From a virus, in IMG/VR virus record IMGVR_UViG_3300005764_000008, positions 1-41,221 of that record: a DNA stretch of 41,221 bases; one strand, given 5' to 3'. The stretch's first letter is position 1; every line of letters begins with the position of its first letter. The notes under the pieces are model-generated. The model did not search any database. It had not been told where the DNA came from and saw only the letters and a program-made list of their open reading frames with translations. This document shows positions 7,191 to 17,216 of this stretch, in pieces. Made by a program: the position numbers and the translations under genes.

Positions 7191-8610
7191 AACCCGCATT
7201 CGCTTCTTCGGCGCGCACTCCGCCGCGTTTCATGACACTTCACGGCAAATCGATATCGAAGGCGCGGTGCGTAGCGGCAAGACATGGCTGTGCCTCTACA
7301 AGGTCCTTGCGCTGTGCCGGCAGTATCCTGGGATCCACGTCCTCATCTGCCGCTTCTCCGATGACGACACGCACTCGATTCTGAAACCGATCTGGCGCGC
7401 CATCTGCGCCAGCGGCGGCGTGCGGCTGCGATGGAATGCCGAAGAAAGCTATGACGAGCTCGACAACGGCTCGCTGGTCTACATCACCGGACTCAAGACG
7501 CAGGACCAGACGAATCCGTTTCGGAAATTTCGTGGCATGACGCTGGCGGTCGTCTACGTCGACCAAGCGGAAGAACTGCCGCATCCGCATTACCAAGAGC
7601 TCGTGCTGCGCTTGTCACAGTCGGGCTTTCCTCATCAGCTCATTCTCAGCCCACAGACGGTCGAGGAAGACCACTGGATTGCGAAGGAATTTCCGCACGA
7701 CCGACCGCTGCGCGACGGCCGTGCGTATTACGCGCTGTCGACGCATGACAATGCGCACAATCTGCCGGCGAACTATATCGCCGAGATGGAGCAGGCGCAT
7801 CCGCCAGGCACGCCGATTCATACCACGCTAATTCTCGGGCAGCGGGGCGCGACGGTGCGCGGCGATCCGGTCTACGGGACGCCGTCGGACGGCTCGCGGA
7901 CTGGCGCGTTCCTGCGGTCACGGCATGAACGGCCGTGTGCGTTTGACCCACGGCTGCGGCTCGAGGTCGGGCTCGATTTCGGGAAGCATCATCCGTGTCT
8001 CGTGGCGCGGCAAGTGTCGCCGGTCGGACAGGTGCGCTATCTCGGCGGCATCCTCGGGCAGAACCTGATGTTCGACGCGTTCCTGACCGTGTCATTGCAG
8101 TATCTAGCGCGCTGGTTCCCGCATCCCATCGACACGGTGTGGTGTTGCGATCCAGCGGGCGTCTCGAATCCGATTGGCGTCGACATGGGGAAACTGCTGC
8201 TGGGGCATGGGATTCGCGCGGTCTATCGTGAGGACTCGAACTCGCCGGCGGCGCGGGTCGCGTTGATTGAACGGATCGCGAAGCAGATGCGCGGGCGCGC
8301 GCTCGACGGTGACGAAGCCTTGATTGTCGCGCGCGAGGACGAACGCTGGATTCGGCTCAGCGAGCACGGGGCGGTGACGCATCGGATGGTGGCGCAGGCG
8401 TTTGAGTCGGGCTACATCTGGGACGAGCACATGGTGTCGGTGGGGTCGAAGCAAATGCGGAAGCCGAAGAAAGATGGCTGGCACGAGCATCCGATGAACG
8501 TCGTGGAATATCTGGAAGCGAACTTCGGAATGTCGACGGCGCCACGGAAACCAAAGACGCCACAGTATCCAGCGCCGACGGTGCACGGCAGTATGAGCTG
8601 GGCGGGTTGA
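7183..8610 (+). CDS. terL: Terminase large subunit
   Basis: Walker A GAVRSGKT and Walker B VVYVDQAEE. The C-terminal nuclease-like region contains WCCDPAG and other acidic motifs. The gene lies upstream of the portal. Confidence 0.85.
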   Translation: MAETRIRFFGAHSAAFHDTSRQIDIEGAVRSGKTWLCLYKVLALCRQYPGIHVLICRFSDDDTHSILKPIWRAICASGGVRLRWNAEESYDELDNGSLVYITGLKTQDQTNPFRKFRGMTLAVVYVDQAEELPHPHYQELVLRLSQSGFPHQLILSPQTVEEDHWIAKEFPHDRPLRDGRAYYALSTHDNAHNLPANYIAEMEQAHPPGTPIHTTLILGQRGATVRGDPVYGTPSDGSRTGAFLRSRHERPCAFDPRLRLEVGLDFGKHHPCLVARQVSPVGQVRYLGGILGQNLMFDAFLTVSLQYLARWFPHPIDTVWCCDPAGVSNPIGVDMGKLLLGHGIRAVYREDSNSPAARVALIERIAKQMRGRALDGDEALIVAREDERWIRLSEHGAVTHRMVAQAFESGYIWDEHMVSVGSKQMRKPKKDGWHEHPMNVVEYLEANFGMSTAPRKPKTPQYPAPTVHGSMSWAG

Positions 8611-8633
8611 AATTGGGTGTATACTGCCCAGCC

Positions 8634-8816
8634 ATGCTGAGTCGGCGCGAATGGATGACGCGGCTGGCGATCCTGCCGCTGGCGGTCTGGCAGCCGAAGC
8701 CGCCGAAGATGTCCCAGCCGTCCCAGCCAGGTGATCGGTTCACGTTTGCCGATCAGCCGTATCAGATTACGCGGGTGACGGACGCGGCGATTTACGCGGA
8801 GCCGGTCCATGAGTGA
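8634..8816 (+). CDS. Small hypothetical protein
   Basis: ORF between terminase and portal. The start is uncertain (TTG 8607 or ATG 8634). The N-terminus SRREWMTRLAILPLA is hydrophobic. Confidence 0.4.
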   Translation: MLSRREWMTRLAILPLAVWQPKPPKMSQPSQPGDRFTFADQPYQITRVTDAAIYAEPVHE

Positions 8817-9072
8817 ATCCGCCGCCCGTGCCTCCCGTCGTGACCTCCGCCGTGCGGTCGGCACCGAAGCCATCGGCGTCATCGACACGCACACGAAACT
8901 GCTGACGGACGACATCCCCTCGCGGCTTGCGTCGCTTAGTCGCGATGATGTCGCGATTCGGACGCAGGTCTTGGCGCTCGCCTCGCAGATTGCGGCCGAA
9001 CGGGCATGGCGGCAGGCGATCGAACGGCATCCGTGGTATCGGCGCCTCTGGTGGCTCCTGCGCGGACGGTAA
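8809..9072 (+). CDS. Small hypothetical protein
   Basis: The ATG overlaps the previous stop, and the ORF ends one base before the portal start. Confidence 0.5.
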   Translation: MSESAARASRRDLRRAVGTEAIGVIDTHTKLLTDDIPSRLASLSRDDVAIRTQVLALASQIAAERAWRQAIERHPWYRRLWWLLRGR

Positions 9073-11490
9073 ATGCCGAATCTCCGCGAACGTCCCGCGC
9101 GTCGCCTCGGTCCCAGAGACCCGTCGCTGTCGACGTCGGCGGACGAGCAGCCGGACGATCAAACGCCAGCCCCCGGCGACGCGAAGAAACGCACGCGGAA
9201 AGAACTCCACGCGTTTCTCGAGCAGGCGCGCGACCTATTCAAGCAGGGCCAGGACGCGACGAAGGACCAGATCGAACGCGAACTCAGCGACATTCGATTT
9301 TACAACGGCGAGCAGTGGCCGAATGATGTCTTCACGGCACGAAAAGGCCAGAATGCCAGCAATGGCATGCCGCCCGTGCCGGCGCGCCCGTGCATCACGG
9401 TCAATAAGACGCGCGAACCTGTGCGGCAGGTGCTCAATCAAGAGCGGCAGAGCGATGTCGGCATTGAGCTCGTGCCGGCCGATGACTTCGGCGATCTTGG
9501 CATTACCATCGACGACAGCGAAGTGACGCTCCGTGAAGATCTGGTCCGGCGCATTCAGCGCGAATCGGAAGCGAGTGATGCCCGCACGTGGGCGTTCTCG
9601 CGCGCGGTGCAGGCGGGACGTGGATTCTACATCGTGCGGACGCGGTATCTGGACGGCCCGACGCGCGACCAGGAAGTCTATGTCGCGCGGATTTACAACC
9701 AGGCGAGCGTGACGCTCGATCCGGCGCATGAACAGCCAGATGGATCCGACGCCGAATGGGGCTTCATCGGCACCGACATGCCGTGGAATCAGTATCAGGC
9801 GGAGTTTCCGAAGGCCGCGAACGGCCAAAAGAATTCGGTGCTTGTGGCGGATGATACTGAATTCCGCGGTCTTGGCGAGAAGTATCCGGAGTGGTTCAAA
9901 GTCACCGGTAAGCAGCGCAGTTGCCGTGTGGTCGAGTATTTCTACACCGAACGCACGACGCGCACGCTGGCGATGCTGAGCGATGGCCGCGATGTCTACG
10001 AGGACGAACTCAGCGACAAGGATCGAGAAGAAAAGTATGACACGCGCGAGGTCGTGACGAAGACAATCCAGTGGGCGAAAATCGACGCCACGCAGATTCT
10101 CGACGAGACGGAATGGCCGGGCCAATACATCCCGATTATCAAAGTGCTCGGCGAAGAACTCCATCCGCACGATGCCGAACGCCGCTCAGAGGGCATGGTG
10201 CGCCCGATGCGCGGACCGGGCCGAGGGTTCAACTACATGGTCTCGAAGTGGGTCGAGACAATTGCGCTCAGTCCGATTCCGCCGCTGATGGTGGCGGAGG
10301 GCCAGATCGAAGGCTACGAGCCGTGGTATCAGGCGGCGAACACGCGGACGCTACCCTATCTGCCGTTCAAGCAGCGCGACCTCGAAGGCAATCCCGCGGG
10401 ACCGCCCAGTGCGCCAGCGCGCGACCTCGGGTCCGTCATCGGCCCGCTGTCGCTCTCGGTGCAGATGTTCGCGGAGGCGATTCAGAGCGTCTCGGCGACA
10501 CACGATCCGTCGCTCGGGAAAGATGCGCCGAACGCGAAGAGCGGGCGGGCGATCAAGGCGCTGCAGGATCAGAGCACGCTGGCGACGTCAAACTATCAGG
10601 ACAATCTGATGCGCTCGATGCGGTATGAGGCGCGCATCATCAACGATTTGCTGTATCCGATTTACGGACGACCTGGTAGGATTGCGCGGCTATTGAACAA
10701 ACAGGGCGAACCGTCGGCGGTGATGCTCCATCGGCCGATGGTGCGCGGGGCGAACGGACGGCCGCAGGCGGCGCAGCCGGGCCAGGACGGTGCCGAGACG
10801 TTCACGCTGACGAAGGATGCGCGGTTCGATGTTGCGGTCAAGGTGACGCGCGCCTACGATACGCGGGCGCAAGAGGAGATGGCGCTCGTCGGGGATCTCA
10901 TCGCGAACGAACCGCAGCTGATGACATGGTTCGGGGATCTGTATTTCAAGAACATGGACGGGCCGGGTCACGCCGAGATGGCGGATCGCGCAAAAGCGAT
11001 GCTCGCGCAGCCGGTGCAAGCGATGTTGAACGCCAAGCAACAAGGGCAGCCGACCCCCGCGCAGCTGCAGCAACTCCAGACCGAAAATCAGCAGATGCAG
11101 CAGCAACTGCAGCAGGCCGCGCAGCAGATTCAGCAGGAGACGGCGAAGTATCAGGCGCAGGCGCAGATCGAACGGTTCAAAGCTGATGCGAATGCCTCGC
11201 TACAAATCACGCTGAAACAGATGGACACGGCCGCGAAGGTAGAAGTTGCGCGTATTACCGCCGCGAAGCAGACCGCGGACCTTCAGGCGGAACTTGCCGA
11301 AGAGCGCATCGCACTCCATGCCGAACAGGCCCACGAGATGGGCATGGCGGCGATGGACCAGTCGCACGAGCAGCAGATGGGGCAACAGCAGGCGCAGCAG
11401 GCGCAGGATCAGCAGGCGCAAGCGGCACAGCAGCAACAGGCCGCGCAGCAACAAGCGGCGGCGGCGCAGCAACAGCCGCAGCCGACGTAA
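9073..11490 (+). CDS. Portal protein (P22-type) with a long Q-rich helical C-terminal extension
   Basis: DIRFYNGEQW ... RPCITVNKTREPVRQVLNQERQ ... IELVPAD matches the portal N-terminal pattern. Size (805 aa) and position fit. The last ~150 aa are Q/A-rich. Confidence 0.85.
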   Translation: MPNLRERPARRLGPRDPSLSTSADEQPDDQTPAPGDAKKRTRKELHAFLEQARDLFKQGQDATKDQIERELSDIRFYNGEQWPNDVFTARKGQNASNGMPPVPARPCITVNKTREPVRQVLNQERQSDVGIELVPADDFGDLGITIDDSEVTLREDLVRRIQRESEASDARTWAFSRAVQAGRGFYIVRTRYLDGPTRDQEVYVARIYNQASVTLDPAHEQPDGSDAEWGFIGTDMPWNQYQAEFPKAANGQKNSVLVADDTEFRGLGEKYPEWFKVTGKQRSCRVVEYFYTERTTRTLAMLSDGRDVYEDELSDKDREEKYDTREVVTKTIQWAKIDATQILDETEWPGQYIPIIKVLGEELHPHDAERRSEGMVRPMRGPGRGFNYMVSKWVETIALSPIPPLMVAEGQIEGYEPWYQAANTRTLPYLPFKQRDLEGNPAGPPSAPARDLGSVIGPLSLSVQMFAEAIQSVSATHDPSLGKDAPNAKSGRAIKALQDQSTLATSNYQDNLMRSMRYEARIINDLLYPIYGRPGRIARLLNKQGEPSAVMLHRPMVRGANGRPQAAQPGQDGAETFTLTKDARFDVAVKVTRAYDTRAQEEMALVGDLIANEPQLMTWFGDLYFKNMDGPGHAEMADRAKAMLAQPVQAMLNAKQQGQPTPAQLQQLQTENQQMQQQLQQAAQQIQQETAKYQAQAQIERFKADANASLQITLKQMDTAAKVEVARITAAKQTADLQAELAEERIALHAEQAHEMGMAAMDQSHEQQMGQQQAQQAQDQQAQAAQQQQAAQQQAAAAQQQPQPT

Positions 11491-11500
11491 GGAGTTCGTC

Positions 11501-11728
11501 ATGCCGCATCGTCTGGAACAATCACACAAGCAGCATCACATCAGCGCCGCGACGCGGAACGCGCTTCCAACCAGCGAATTCGCGCTCCCAGGACGGCGGT
11601 ATCCGATCGATACCCGTCGTCGGGCCGCCAATGCGAAGTCTCGCATCAGTCAGTTCGGCACACCGCGCGAAAAAGCCGTCGTGAACGCGAAAGTGCGGCG
11701 GAAGTTTCCGACGATGGGTCAGAAATAG
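11501..11728 (+). CDS. Small basic hypothetical protein
   Basis: AAGGAG lies 6 nt upstream of ATG 11501. Contains EFALPGRRYPIDTRRRAANAKSR. Confidence 0.55.
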   Translation: MPHRLEQSHKQHHISAATRNALPTSEFALPGRRYPIDTRRRAANAKSRISQFGTPREKAVVNAKVRRKFPTMGQK

Positions 11729-11746
11729 TCAGCACGGAGCCAACAC

Positions 11747-11950
11747 ATGCCCAATTTTCTCGAAAAGCGTCTCAAGCAGGAAGCCGCCAGCCGTGGATTT
11801 GAAGGCCGGAAGGCCGATGCCTACGTCTACGGCACCATGAACAATCTCGGCGCGATGCGTGGCAACAAAGAGACGCCAAAGGGCCGCGCGATGGAGAAAA
11901 AGCATGCCAGAAAGGTCGGCAAGTTGACACGTCGCCCGACTCGTGCATAA
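11747..11950 (+). CDS. Small basic hypothetical protein
   Basis: 67-aa ORF between portal and scaffold. Lys/Arg-rich. Confidence 0.5.
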   Translation: MPNFLEKRLKQEAASRGFEGRKADAYVYGTMNNLGAMRGNKETPKGRAMEKKHARKVGKLTRRPTRA

Positions 11951-11972
11951 TTAACCGGAAAATTCTCCGTTC

Positions 11973-12947
11973 ATGGCCGATACTGCCCTCGAATCCGTCC
12001 AGACGCCGAGTCCGACCGTCGAGCCGGTTGCCGAACCCGCGGCACCGGCACCGACATCCATCACCATCGATAACGACGACCCGAACTGGGATGACCCCAC
12101 GAAAGCCCAGCTCGGTCGCGACGAGCAAGGGCGCTTCGTCCGTCCGCGGCATCGATCGCGCAGTTCGCAGACTCACGAGCGCATTGGCGAGCTCACCCGC
12201 AAGAACGCGGAACTGACAGAACAACTCGCGGCCGCGAAAACGCCGCCGCCGACCGAACCCGCGAAACCACCCGCGCCGGCTCCCCAGCCCACGCCGTTCC
12301 AGCCACCGCCCGCCGCCGCGGCGCCGCCACCCTCCGCCGGCTTCCCGTCATTCGATGTCTGGCTGACGCAGGAGGGCAATTCGACCAAGGGCTACGACGA
12401 TTACAGCGATGCGCGCGCCGACTGGCGCTGGCAGGTGAACGCGCAGCAGCAGGCCGCCGCGCAGCAGATGACCGCCGTGCAGCGGTTCGAGGCCGAACGC
12501 ATCCAGGCGTATACGGCGCAGATCGCCGATGTCAAGAAGCAGTTCTCCGACTTCGACACGATCGTGACGAACGCGGTCACCGTCTCGCCGATTATGCGCG
12601 CCGCGATTCTCGCGTCGGACAAAGGCGCGCAGATCGCCTACGCGCTCGGCAAACAGCCCGATCTTGCGCACGAGCTCGCGCGGCAGTCGTGGTATCACGA
12701 CCCGTCGCAGGCCGGGCTCATGCAGCGCTATCTCGAATCGCTGGTTCCCTCTTCTTCCCCGCGTCAGCAGGCCGTGCCCCCGACCGGATCGACCGCGACG
12801 CCAGCGCCGAAACCTCCCAAGCCGCCCAATCCGGTGCGGACTGGGCCGATTACGACGGGTGACGAGTTGCCCGGCGATGACAGTAGTCTCGAAGACCATG
12901 ATCGGGTCTGGGGACCACACGCACGCCGCGCCGCCGGACGCCGGTAA
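11973..12947 (+). CDS. Putative scaffolding protein
   Basis: Position between portal and capsid protein. Low-complexity P/A/Q-rich sequence with helical segments. Confidence 0.55.
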   Translation: MADTALESVQTPSPTVEPVAEPAAPAPTSITIDNDDPNWDDPTKAQLGRDEQGRFVRPRHRSRSSQTHERIGELTRKNAELTEQLAAAKTPPPTEPAKPPAPAPQPTPFQPPPAAAAPPPSAGFPSFDVWLTQEGNSTKGYDDYSDARADWRWQVNAQQQAAAQQMTAVQRFEAERIQAYTAQIADVKKQFSDFDTIVTNAVTVSPIMRAAILASDKGAQIAYALGKQPDLAHELARQSWYHDPSQAGLMQRYLESLVPSSSPRQQAVPPTGSTATPAPKPPKPPNPVRTGPITTGDELPGDDSSLEDHDRVWGPHARRAAGRR

Positions 12948-12959
12948 GAGGCCGCCGCT

Positions 12960-14189
12960 ATGGATACGTTCATTTCACCCACGTGGGTGACGAAGGACGT
13001 AGCGCTGAATTTCGACAACGAGCTCGCGCTACTTTCCCAGTTCGATCGCAGTTGGGACGATTCGTTCCAAAACAAGCCGGAAGGCGCACAGATCGGTTAT
13101 ACCGTGCAGGCGCGCATTCAGCAGCGTTTCACGGTCACGGAAGGACAGGCGCTTGCGCAGCAGGCGATTCTGAACCAGACCGTGCCGATTACGATCAATC
13201 ATCAGTTCCATGTCGACATGGGCTGGTCGTCGGCACAGGCGACGCTCGAAGTCGAGGAAGTGCAGGACCGCTACACGCGGCCGGCCGGGCAGGCGCTGGC
13301 GTCGAAGTGGGACGCGGTGGCCGGCCAGGAAGTCTATCAGTCAGTCTATTTCTCGGTCGGGGCACCGAACACACCGATCACCTCGAACAGCACCTACACC
13401 CGCGCGCAGGCGATTCTGCGGGCGCTGGCGGTGCCGGCGGAGTTCTGCGCGGTGCTCGATCCGCAGTCGCACGCCGACATCGCGAACGCGAACATGGCGC
13501 TGTTCAACCCGACCGGTGCGGTCAGCGGATTCTTCCGCAATGCGCAGTTCGGGAATGGCAAGCAGCTCGGCATCAACGATTGGTATGTCGACCCGCTGAT
13601 GCCGACGCACACGACGGGGAACTTTACCTCGTCAACGCCGGTCGTCTCGAGCGCGAACCAGACCGGCTCGACGCTGGCGCTCTCAGGGCTCGGCACCTAC
13701 GCGTTCAAGAAAGGCGATGTCTTCACCGTCGATTCCGTCTTCGCGGTGAACCCGCTGGCCTATACGACCACGCGCTATCTGCAGCAGTTCGTCATCACGC
13801 AGGACGTGTCGGGCTCGAGCACGGTCACGCTGAACATCTCGCCGTCCATCATCATTAGCGGCTCGCTGCAGACCGTCAACGTCTCACCGGCGAATAACGC
13901 GGCCGTGACGTTCTTCGGCGCGACCGGCACCGTCAATGCCACGATGGCCACGCAGAACTCGGTGCAGAACCTGATTTTCAATCCGGCCGCGTTTGCGTTC
14001 GTCATGGCGGATCTCAAGGCGAATCTCGCCGGGGCGACGACCAAGCGCGTGCAGAGCAAAATCCGCGGACTGTCGATGCGCTACGCGGAGCAATACAACA
14101 TCCAGACCGACCAGAATCCGTCCCGCATCGACACGATTGCGGGCGTGGCGCCGGTCCTACCCTACTACGCCGTGCGGGCGTGGAGCTAA
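12960..14189 (+). CDS. Major capsid protein (P22-coat-like)
   Basis: Position after the scaffold and size of 409 aa. The N-terminal pattern (LALLSQFDRSWDDSF...GAQIGYTVQARI) resembles the P22 coat family. Confidence 0.75.
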   Translation: MDTFISPTWVTKDVALNFDNELALLSQFDRSWDDSFQNKPEGAQIGYTVQARIQQRFTVTEGQALAQQAILNQTVPITINHQFHVDMGWSSAQATLEVEEVQDRYTRPAGQALASKWDAVAGQEVYQSVYFSVGAPNTPITSNSTYTRAQAILRALAVPAEFCAVLDPQSHADIANANMALFNPTGAVSGFFRNAQFGNGKQLGINDWYVDPLMPTHTTGNFTSSTPVVSSANQTGSTLALSGLGTYAFKKGDVFTVDSVFAVNPLAYTTTRYLQQFVITQDVSGSSTVTLNISPSIIISGSLQTVNVSPANNAAVTFFGATGTVNATMATQNSVQNLIFNPAAFAFVMADLKANLAGATTKRVQSKIRGLSMRYAEQYNIQTDQNPSRIDTIAGVAPVLPYYAVRAWS

Positions 14190-14199
14190 GGAGACTGAC

Positions 14200-14844
14200 A
14201 TGGCGCTGAACACTACGACACTCTCGGCGGCGTTGCCGGCCACCGGCACGAACGCGTCCGTCATCACCGTTGCGTCGGCGACAGGCTTCGCCGCAGGCAG
14301 TTGGGTCCAGATCGACTCGGAATTCACCCGCGTCGCGAAGACCTACACCTCCGGCACGGTCATCCCGCTGGACGGCCGCGGCCTGAATGGATCGCTCGCC
14401 GTGGCGCATCCGGCGACCGCAAACGTCACCGTGGGCACCAGCACGGATTTCGCGAATCCGGCTGCGGCCGTCACCGTCGCCTATCCGCTGGCGCCGATCA
14501 GCCGGCCGAAGACGAGCTATTCGGCCGCGGGCGCGATTGCGTTGCCGACGCCTGGCGCGGATGCCGTCGCGATCATCAACGGCACGAACGCGCTGGCGAT
14601 GACACTCGCGAATCCGACGGCCGACATGGATGGAGCGATTCTTTTCATCGTCGGGAATGGGAAGGCCGCGCACACGGTGACCTATACGGCCGGGCTCGGC
14701 AACGGCGGGTCCGCACTTGATGTGCTGACGTTCGCCACCGGCGGTCAGCAGTGTCTGGCGGTCATCGCGGCGAACTCGATCTGGGTGCCACTGCCGTCGG
14801 TGCTCGGCGGCACGCTCACCAACATCACGATCACGGCGTCGTAA
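14200..14844 (+). CDS. Hypothetical virion protein (possible head decoration or fibre), G/T/A-rich beta-type sequence
   Basis: AAGGAG lies upstream of ATG 14200. The gene is directly after the capsid gene and before a terminator-like hairpin. Confidence 0.6.
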   Translation: MALNTTTLSAALPATGTNASVITVASATGFAAGSWVQIDSEFTRVAKTYTSGTVIPLDGRGLNGSLAVAHPATANVTVGTSTDFANPAAAVTVAYPLAPISRPKTSYSAAGAIALPTPGADAVAIINGTNALAMTLANPTADMDGAILFIVGNGKAAHTVTYTAGLGNGGSALDVLTFATGGQQCLAVIAANSIWVPLPSVLGGTLTNITITAS

Positions 14845-14858
14845 GACGTCACGATCGG

Positions 14859-14901
14859 CCGGTCGTCGCGTGTCTCACCTCCGCGCGGCGACCGGGTTTT
14901 T
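14859..14901 (+). terminator. Intrinsic-terminator-like hairpin followed by a T5 run
   Basis: CCGGTCG(14859-14865) pairs with CGACCGG(14889-14895), and CGCG(14867-14870) pairs with CGCG(14882-14885). TTTTT follows at 14897-14901. Placement after the capsid/decoration genes is classic. Confidence 0.45.
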
Positions 14902-14919
14902 CACAAAGGATGGCTCATC

Positions 14920-15393
14920 GTGCCTGTCTTCATCGCGCCGGAAACGCCGCACGGGAAAGAACTCTGGACCTGGGATCACTACGAGGACGAAGTGCATCCG
15001 CTGTCCGAACCGGACAAGCCGATTCGCGGCCGTCGGAAGCGCGGCTTTCAGGAGTTCCCGAAGGCGATGTATAAGGCCGGCCGGAACGACCAGAATCAGA
15101 TTGACCTCACGTCCTCTCGCATCGCTGGCAATCCGGACGAACAGGCGCGCTACGAGCGCGAAGGTTACGTCGAAGGACCGGGCAAGGCGGTCGAAAAGGC
15201 CGAGGAACTCGAGCAGGACATCGCCATCGCGGCAGCCAATCGCGCGTTCCATGATCGCCGGATGAGCCTCGCCGCACAGGAAGAGGCCGCGGCGGCCGAC
15301 GCCGCCTCCGCCGACCATCTCGGCGAGATTCCCGAAACCCCGATTCAGCGGCGCGGGCCGGGCCGGCCGCGCAAGGATGATTCGCATGGCTGA
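14920..15393 (+). CDS. Hypothetical protein with a C-terminal AT-hook-like RGPGRPRK motif
   Basis: GTG start 9 nt after AAGGA. Contains EFPKAMYKAG and an acidic coiled segment. Confidence 0.55.
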   Translation: MPVFIAPETPHGKELWTWDHYEDEVHPLSEPDKPIRGRRKRGFQEFPKAMYKAGRNDQNQIDLTSSRIAGNPDEQARYEREGYVEGPGKAVEKAEELEQDIAIAAANRAFHDRRMSLAAQEEAAAADAASADHLGEIPETPIQRRGPGRPRKDDSHG

Positions 15394-16024
15394 TGAACTC
15401 GTTGGCGGGGCGTATCTGCCCGGCCGGAACTACACGCGCACGGGCGCGGTCGATACGGGCGGCAGCTACAACAACGCCATCCTCATCGGCACGCCCAATA
15501 TCAACGTCCTGAAATCCGCCGTCAGCACGTCGACCGTCTCGGCCGGCTATGCTGCCGACACGTATCTCGCTGGTTCCGCGATTGCGATGCCGACCGGCGG
15601 CTTCACCGTCGGCGCCCGCTACGGCTGCTGGTTCGACATGGTGAAAACCGCCGCTGGCACGGCCGCGTTCACCGTCACTGTTCGCATCGGCACCGCGGGC
15701 ACGACCTCGGACGCGTCGATTTTGTCGTTCGCGTTCGGCGCCGGCACCGCCGCGGCCGATACGGGCACGTTTGAGGTCGTCTGCCACTTCCGCACGGTCG
15801 GGAGCGGCACGAACGCCGTGCTGGTTGGCACGTGCTGGTGCTCGCATGCGCTCGCCGTCACCGGGCTGATTTCGACTGGTGCGTCCGGTGCTGGGCAGAT
15901 CACGTCCGTGTCGAGCGGCTTCGATTCGACGCCGGCTGGTTCCATCATCGGCGTATCGGTGAACGGCGGCGCGTCGTTCTCGGGGACGAACACGATCGTC
16001 GAGTCGGAACTCCGCGGCTACTAA
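15386..16024 (+). CDS. Hypothetical virion protein, G/T/A/S-rich
   Basis: ATG 15386 overlaps the upstream stop (ATGGCTGA), with AAGGA 8 nt upstream. Confidence 0.6.
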   Translation: MADELVGGAYLPGRNYTRTGAVDTGGSYNNAILIGTPNINVLKSAVSTSTVSAGYAADTYLAGSAIAMPTGGFTVGARYGCWFDMVKTAAGTAAFTVTVRIGTAGTTSDASILSFAFGAGTAAADTGTFEVVCHFRTVGSGTNAVLVGTCWCSHALAVTGLISTGASGAGQITSVSSGFDSTPAGSIIGVSVNGGASFSGTNTIVESELRGY

Positions 16025-16033
16025 GGGGCCGAC

Positions 16034-16792
16034 ATGGCCGCCACGACCGCGCAGAACGTCATCATCGATGCGTTTCAAACGCTGGGCGTCTTCCAGCCGG
16101 GCGAAAGCATCTCGGCGGATGATGCCGCGTTCGGACTGCTCCGACTCCAAGGGCTGCAAGAACTCTGGAAACTCATGCCGCGCACGTCAGTCACGAACGT
16201 GCGTGAAACCTTCGCGCTAACGGCTGGCAAGGGCGGACCGGGCAACGTCTACACCGTTGGCCCGACCGGTGATTTCGCGACGACACGGCCAGCCTCGGTG
16301 ACCGAGATCACGAACGTCGGTCTGATTCTCGGCGGCACGTCGCCAGCGGTCGAAATTCCACGCGCGCTCTTCACCGATGATGCCTTTGCACAGAATCAGG
16401 TCAAGGACCTGCAGAATGCGATCTACACCGACGCCTACTACAATGCGACCTACGCAAACGATCTCGGGTCGCTGATTCTCTGGCCGGTGCCGAATACGAA
16501 TCTTCATACGTTCGTGTGGTATCGCAATCTGCCGATTCCGCTGTTTCCGAGTCTCACGGCATCGATGGACCTGCCGACGGGCTACTTCCGCGCGTTCAGC
16601 GATGCGCTGGCCGAAGAACTCGCGATGCCGTATGGCCGTGCAGATCTCTACGAGGTGATGGTCGCGCGTGCGCTGAAATCGCTCGCGATCGTGAAACGCG
16701 GAAACACCGAATTGACCGATCTGCCGCAGGATCCGGCCGTCACGGCGGAACAGCGCGGCGGCTACAACATTCAGACGGGGACAGGTGGCTAG
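16034..16792 (+). CDS. Putative head-tail adaptor protein (tentative)
   Basis: The N-terminal pattern IIDAFQTLGVFQPGESISADDAAFGLLRLQGL resembles adaptor/connector proteins of short-tailed phages. Position is downstream of the capsid gene. Confidence 0.45.
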   Translation: MAATTAQNVIIDAFQTLGVFQPGESISADDAAFGLLRLQGLQELWKLMPRTSVTNVRETFALTAGKGGPGNVYTVGPTGDFATTRPASVTEITNVGLILGGTSPAVEIPRALFTDDAFAQNQVKDLQNAIYTDAYYNATYANDLGSLILWPVPNTNLHTFVWYRNLPIPLFPSLTASMDLPTGYFRAFSDALAEELAMPYGRADLYEVMVARALKSLAIVKRGNTELTDLPQDPAVTAEQRGGYNIQTGTGG

Positions 16793-16793
16793 C

Positions 16794-17216
16794 ATGGGAA
16801 AGGCGATTCGACTCGGCCTGCTGGTGGGCCTGTTCGTGCTTGGCGTGGAACTCGGTGCGCCGGCGCAGGTCGTAACCGGCAACGTGTGCTATCTCACGAG
16901 CGCAGCCTCGCCGAACGCGACAATGTGCCGCTCGGTGCCGACGATGGTCTCAGACATGACCGCCGTTAACACGACCGCGACGCTCTACTATCTGCGCATG
17001 TATGACCTCGCGGCCACGCCGAACTGTGCCTCTGCAACCGGCTTCGTGGAGTCGATTCCGGTGCCAGCGAGCGCGACCGGTGCAGGGGTTGTGCGCACGT
17101 TTCCGATGGGCCACTGGTTTGCGACTGGGCTCGGCTTCTGTCTCACGGGCGGTGGCGGGTCGACGGACAACACGAACGCGGCGACCGGTGTCTACATTTC
17201 CATCGGATACAAGTAA
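16794..17216 (+). CDS. Small exported protein (clear Sec-type signal peptide)
   Basis: N-terminus MGKAIRLGLLVGLFVLGVELGAPAQ followed by beta-rich sequence. Confidence 0.6.
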   Translation: MGKAIRLGLLVGLFVLGVELGAPAQVVTGNVCYLTSAASPNATMCRSVPTMVSDMTAVNTTATLYYLRMYDLAATPNCASATGFVESIPVPASATGAGVVRTFPMGHWFATGLGFCLTGGGGSTDNTNAATGVYISIGYK

